Positions 36,663 to 40,004 of a DNA stretch of 40,004 nt are shown piece by piece. Numbering within the stretch: position 1 is the first letter of the stretch; each line of letters starts with the position of its first letter. The notes under the pieces are model-generated. The model was not told where the DNA came from and searched no databases. It saw only the letters and a program-made list of their open reading frames with translations. Position numbers and translations under genes: made by a program. Origin of the DNA: an uncultured Lachnospiraceae bacterium (lineage in GTDB: Bacteria; Bacillota; Clostridia; Lachnospirales; Lachnospiraceae); assembly GCA_947178035.1 (NCBI GenBank), contig CAMWXA010000001.1:1-40004 (forward strand). Direction: 5' to 3'.

Positions 36663-38759
36663 ATGGAAAACAAAATTATTTCAAATGTAATCGATTTGAA
36701 CAGGATTCAGGTCACAGATCCTTTTTGGAAAAAGGAAATTGGTTTGGTGCGTGATACGGTGGTTCCATACCAATGGGAGGCGCTGAATGACAGAGTGCCT
36801 GACGCGCAGCCCAGTTATTGTATGCACAATTTTAAGGTGGCAGGTGCAATCAACCAAAAGCGCGCGCAGGAGACAGACTATGTGCAGCCGGTTCACACGA
36901 CCAACGGTTTTTGTGTCTGGCCGGAGAATCCTGAGGCACCGGAGGAGAAATTCTATGGTTTTGTATTTCAGGACAGTGATTTTGCAAAATGGATCGAAGC
37001 GGTGGCGTACATCCTGCACCAATATCCCAATCCGGAACTGGAGGCGGCTGCTGACGAGGCGATAGACATTGTATGCAGTGCCCAGCAGCCAGACGGATAT
37101 CTGGATACATTTTATATTATTAATGATATCAGCAAGCGTTTTATGAACCTGCGCGACCACCATGAGCTGTATTGCTTAGGGCACCTGATTGAGGGGGCAG
37201 TCGCTTACTATCAGGCAACCGGGAAAAAGAAGCTGTTGGATGCAGCCTGCCGCTTTGCAGATTGTGTCGCAGCGCATATTGGACCAGAGGACGGCAAACT
37301 GCGTGGATATCCGGGACATGAGATTGCGGAGATGGCGCTCGCAAAGCTGTACGAGGTGACCGAGGAGGAAAAATACCGTGATATGGGTGCTTATTTTGTC
37401 AATGAAAGAGGGAAGAAACCGTATTATTACGATATAGAACACGCAGTGAATGCGGACAAAGAACCTAAGCTGCGCTATCAGTATCATCAGGCACATTTGC
37501 CGGTGCGGGAGCAGTCAGAGGCAGTAGGCCATGCGGTGCGGGCTGCCTATCTCTATTCTGGAATGGCGGATTTTGCAAGACTGACATCAGATGAAGCGCT
37601 GAAAGCAGCATGCGAACAGATTTGGGATGACATTACACAGAAAAAAATGTACATCACAGGCGGAGTGGGCGGAACACACATCGGTGAGGCGTTCTCCTTT
37701 GCCTATGATCTGCCCAATGACACGGCATACGCCGAGACCTGCGCTTCCATCGGAATGATTTTCTTTGCGCAGAGAATGCTGAAAATGAACCCTGATTCGA
37801 AGTATGCGGATATCATAGAGCGCGAGCTCTACAACATTGTTTTAGGCGGTATGGGATTGGACGGAACCAGCTTTTTCTACGTGAATCCTTTAGAGGTTGT
37901 TCCAGAGGCCTGTCATAAGGACAGCCGGAAAGAGCATGTGAAGCCAGTCCGTCAGAAGTGGTTTGGCTGTGCTTGTTGTCCTCCGAACCTGGCAAGACTG
38001 ATTAGTTCTATCGGGACATATGTGTTCACAGAGACAGATGACACGATATTTGTTCATTTGTACATGGGAATCCACATGGAGAAGCAGCTGCAGTCAGGCA
38101 CAGCAAAGATTGACATGCAGTCCGGATTTCCATGGAACGGAAAAGTCAGCATCCATGTGGAGTGCGAGACGGAGGAGACCTTTACGATTGCGCTCCGCAT
38201 TCCAGACTGGTGTTCCGAATATAAAATAATCGGTATTGATACTGCTGACACTGCTGATACTGTAATAAGAAGCGGCTATTCGAATAACATTGAGTGTGAC
38301 ACGGAATTATGCAGCGAAAAAAGGTACGTCATCAGAGGAGCGGAGAAGGATGGCTATCTGTATGTCACAAAATCGTGGAAGTCGGATACGATACAGATCG
38401 AATTTCCGATGGAAATACAAGTGGTGGAATCGGATTCCAGAGTGCGTGAGACGATTGGGAAAGCGGCAATACAGCGGGGACCCGTTGTGTATTGTCTGGA
38501 GGAAGCGGACAACGGAAACGATCTGCACCTGCTGAAAATGGATGAAAATGCCCGGTTTGAGACAGAGGAGAAACTGATTGCCACAGAGCCTGTCATTGCG
38601 ATCAAGGCACAGGGATGGCGGCAGCGGAAGACACAGGGCGGGAAGTTGTATTTTGCACATACGAGAACAGAATATGACCGGACGACACTGACATGGATTC
38701 CCTATTTTGCGTGGGCAAACAGAGGAGAGGGAGAAATGCAGGTCTGGACACGGATTTGA
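36663..38759 (+). CDS. GH127 beta-L-arabinofuranosidase (HypBA1-like)
   Basis: FQDSD..KWIEA, HELYCLGHLIE, GHAVR, GEAF, YAETCASIG and CACCPPN (Zn/Cys nucleophile site), IPYFAWANRG. Confidence 0.93.
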   Translation: MENKIISNVIDLNRIQVTDPFWKKEIGLVRDTVVPYQWEALNDRVPDAQPSYCMHNFKVAGAINQKRAQETDYVQPVHTTNGFCVWPENPEAPEEKFYGFVFQDSDFAKWIEAVAYILHQYPNPELEAAADEAIDIVCSAQQPDGYLDTFYIINDISKRFMNLRDHHELYCLGHLIEGAVAYYQATGKKKLLDAACRFADCVAAHIGPEDGKLRGYPGHEIAEMALAKLYEVTEEEKYRDMGAYFVNERGKKPYYYDIEHAVNADKEPKLRYQYHQAHLPVREQSEAVGHAVRAAYLYSGMADFARLTSDEALKAACEQIWDDITQKKMYITGGVGGTHIGEAFSFAYDLPNDTAYAETCASIGMIFFAQRMLKMNPDSKYADIIERELYNIVLGGMGLDGTSFFYVNPLEVVPEACHKDSRKEHVKPVRQKWFGCACCPPNLARLISSIGTYVFTETDDTIFVHLYMGIHMEKQLQSGTAKIDMQSGFPWNGKVSIHVECETEETFTIALRIPDWCSEYKIIGIDTADTADTVIRSGYSNNIECDTELCSEKRYVIRGAEKDGYLYVTKSWKSDTIQIEFPMEIQVVESDSRVRETIGKAAIQRGPVVYCLEEADNGNDLHLLKMDENARFETEEKLIATEPVIAIKAQGWRQRKTQGGKLYFAHTRTEYDRTTLTWIPYFAWANRGEGEMQVWTRI

Positions 38760-38844
38760 GATACCAGTTCGGGATACAGTCTTACATTTTGGCGTAATAT
38801 GTGGTATGATATACACAGTTTTTTTAGATTAAATAATACACTTA

Positions 38845-38919
38845 GGAATTGCAATAAAAAAGTTACTGTTTTCAAAGTAAAATGAATGCAAAAGAGTAAG
38901 TTTATTGTTGAACAGTTCC
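38845..38919. mobile_element. Short MITE of the GGAACTGT family (75 bp) with TTA duplication
   Basis: TTA|GGAATTGCAATAAA...TTTATTGTTGAACAGTTCC|TTA, lying between the promoter region and the RBS of the AraC gene. Confidence 0.62.
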
Positions 38920-39007
38920 TTAAGGAAAGGTATTATTGGAATTGCATTTTAAGATGTCTGCCAGAAGACGCAAAGTGCATGGAAGATTACGCCGAAGGAG
39001 GGATGAT

Positions 39008-39835
39008 ATGTATTATGCGTTTGAATTGTCTTCACAGCGCAGGGTTGTGGAGGCAAATTATAATACATTCGTGAATCCCCTGCTGCATCCAAACCGCATC
39101 ATGCAGCAGCACGACTTTTTATATATTCTGAACGGAGACTGGGAGATTGCATTGGAATATGACGGTGCTGGTGAAATCATTCCAATCCAGAAAGATGACT
39201 TGGTTATTCTGCCTGCACGGTTTCACCATTATGGTACACGCCTGTGCAGTCCCAATTCGCGAAACATGTATCTGCATGTGGATGCCCTGCAGGGCGACTA
39301 TGTAGTAGGACAGGACGGAAAGCGTGGGGGTGAAGAGAATTTTGTATTCCTGCCAACGGTCATTCACTGTGGCAGTAATATTGAAATCAACAGAGTTTTT
39401 TCGGAGATAGTCGCGGTCTATTGGAAAGATACGCTCCATAAGTCAAACAGGCTTTCGTGCCTGTTTGACTTGTTGTTATGTGAAATCAGTGAGCAGGAGC
39501 TGGCAGGGACAATCAATTCACAATGCGTCGCCTTTGCCAATGAAGTCGCTCGTTTTTTGCGGTCGAATCCCGAGATGTTTTTCTCAGTACCGGATATTGC
39601 CCGGAAGTTTTACGTCAGTGAGAAGACACTGAATAAACGGTTTAAGGCGGTATACAACAAAACATTCTATGCGTGGCAGATGGAGCAAAAGCTGGATATG
39701 GTGTATCAGGCGCTGCATAATAATGCGGATATCACACTGAAAGAAACCGCAGTCAACTTTGGGTTTTATGATGAATTTCATCTGAGCCGTGCGTTTAAAA
39801 AGAAGTTTGGCATTGCTCCAAGGTATGTGCGATAA
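39008..39835 (+). CDS. AraC-family regulator with cupin sensor domain
   Basis: HPNRIMQQHDF cupin start; FGFYDEFHLSRAFKKKFGIAP; start reset to MYYAF after AAGGAGG. Confidence 0.92.
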   Translation: MYYAFELSSQRRVVEANYNTFVNPLLHPNRIMQQHDFLYILNGDWEIALEYDGAGEIIPIQKDDLVILPARFHHYGTRLCSPNSRNMYLHVDALQGDYVVGQDGKRGGEENFVFLPTVIHCGSNIEINRVFSEIVAVYWKDTLHKSNRLSCLFDLLLCEISEQELAGTINSQCVAFANEVARFLRSNPEMFFSVPDIARKFYVSEKTLNKRFKAVYNKTFYAWQMEQKLDMVYQALHNNADITLKETAVNFGFYDEFHLSRAFKKKFGIAPRYVR

Positions 39836-39865
39836 TGTATATTTGGCTGAAGAATGCTGTTTTGG

Positions 39866-40003
39866 CTATGCATTTTGAACAGACTTAAGGCGCGCAATCT
39901 CGGCCTGCAGTCTTTCAATCTCCAAGTCTTTTTGAGCCAGTTCATCACTTTTTTGAGCCAGTTCATCACTTTTTTGAGCCAGTTCATCACTTTTTTGAGC
40001 CAG
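39866..40003 (-). CDS. 3' end of a gene with a repetitive coiled-coil C-terminus (partial)
   Basis: My frame: LAQKSDELAQKSDELAQKSDELAQKDLEIERLQAEIARLKSVQNA*, with the stop at 39866-39868. Confidence 0.7.
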   Translation of the reverse strand: MAQKSDELAQKSDELAQKSDELAQKDLEIERLQAEIARLKSVQNA

Positions 40004-40004
40004 T
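39929..40004. repeat. 21-bp perfect tandem repeat (at least 3.5 copies, truncated by window end)
   Basis: Unit TTTTTTGAGCCAGTTCATCAC repeated head-to-tail without spacers; it encodes the KSDELAQ heptad on the minus strand. Confidence 0.95.

Noticed and set aside
38238-38264. 9-bp imperfect triplication (DTADTADT) inside GH127
   Set aside because: A small in-frame slippage in a probable surface loop with no evident functional meaning.
39778-39990. ORF-track protein MMNWLKKVMNWLKK...
   Set aside because: Alternative frame of the repeat. It overlaps the AraC 3' end, whereas the KSDELAQ frame gives a sensible coiled coil and stops cleanly.
39929-40004. CRISPR array
   Set aside because: The units are contiguous with no spacers and no cas genes are present; the length of 21 bp preserves a coding frame.

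Overview
A 40-kb accessory/housekeeping mosaic from a gut Clostridia genome. A Lachnospiraceae-like source is inferred from the gene families and repeat styles. No rRNA, tRNA, CRISPR array or intact transposase/integrase was seen. Intact content: a T-box (Thr, ACC specifier)-controlled thrS lacking most of the TGS domain; an FMN-class riboswitch with non-canonical core bases in front of a RibU-like ECF S component; GNAT, HAD, NUDIX, alpha/beta-hydrolase and Zn-PLC-like enzymes; an ECF sigma/anti-sigma pair; a YtrA/GntR ABC operon; GH13 oligo-1,6-glucosidase plus GH31; an FtsX-type ABC exporter divergent from a LytTR/GHKL two-component system; GH127; and several AraC/XRE regulators. The intergenic DNA is the most informative part. 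It holds two distinct non-autonomous miniature inverted-repeat element families (a GTTAC...GTAAC element with a perfect 8-bp target duplication, and a GGAAYTG...CAGTTCC family with TTA duplications). It also holds many unannotated gene fossils: a Uma2 C-terminus, an AAA-ATPase Walker-A fragment, a PD-(D/E)XK C-terminus, a GH66 dextranase C-terminus, and GHKL and response-regulator fragments. The window ends in a 21-bp tandem repeat encoding a coiled-coil heptad. I cannot demonstrate a wholly new system. The best leads are the MITE families, the variant FMN aptamer, an XRE/tandem lectin-like/peptidase-like regulator and a truncated branched-dextran locus. All family assignments come from motif recognition by eye, not from database searches.
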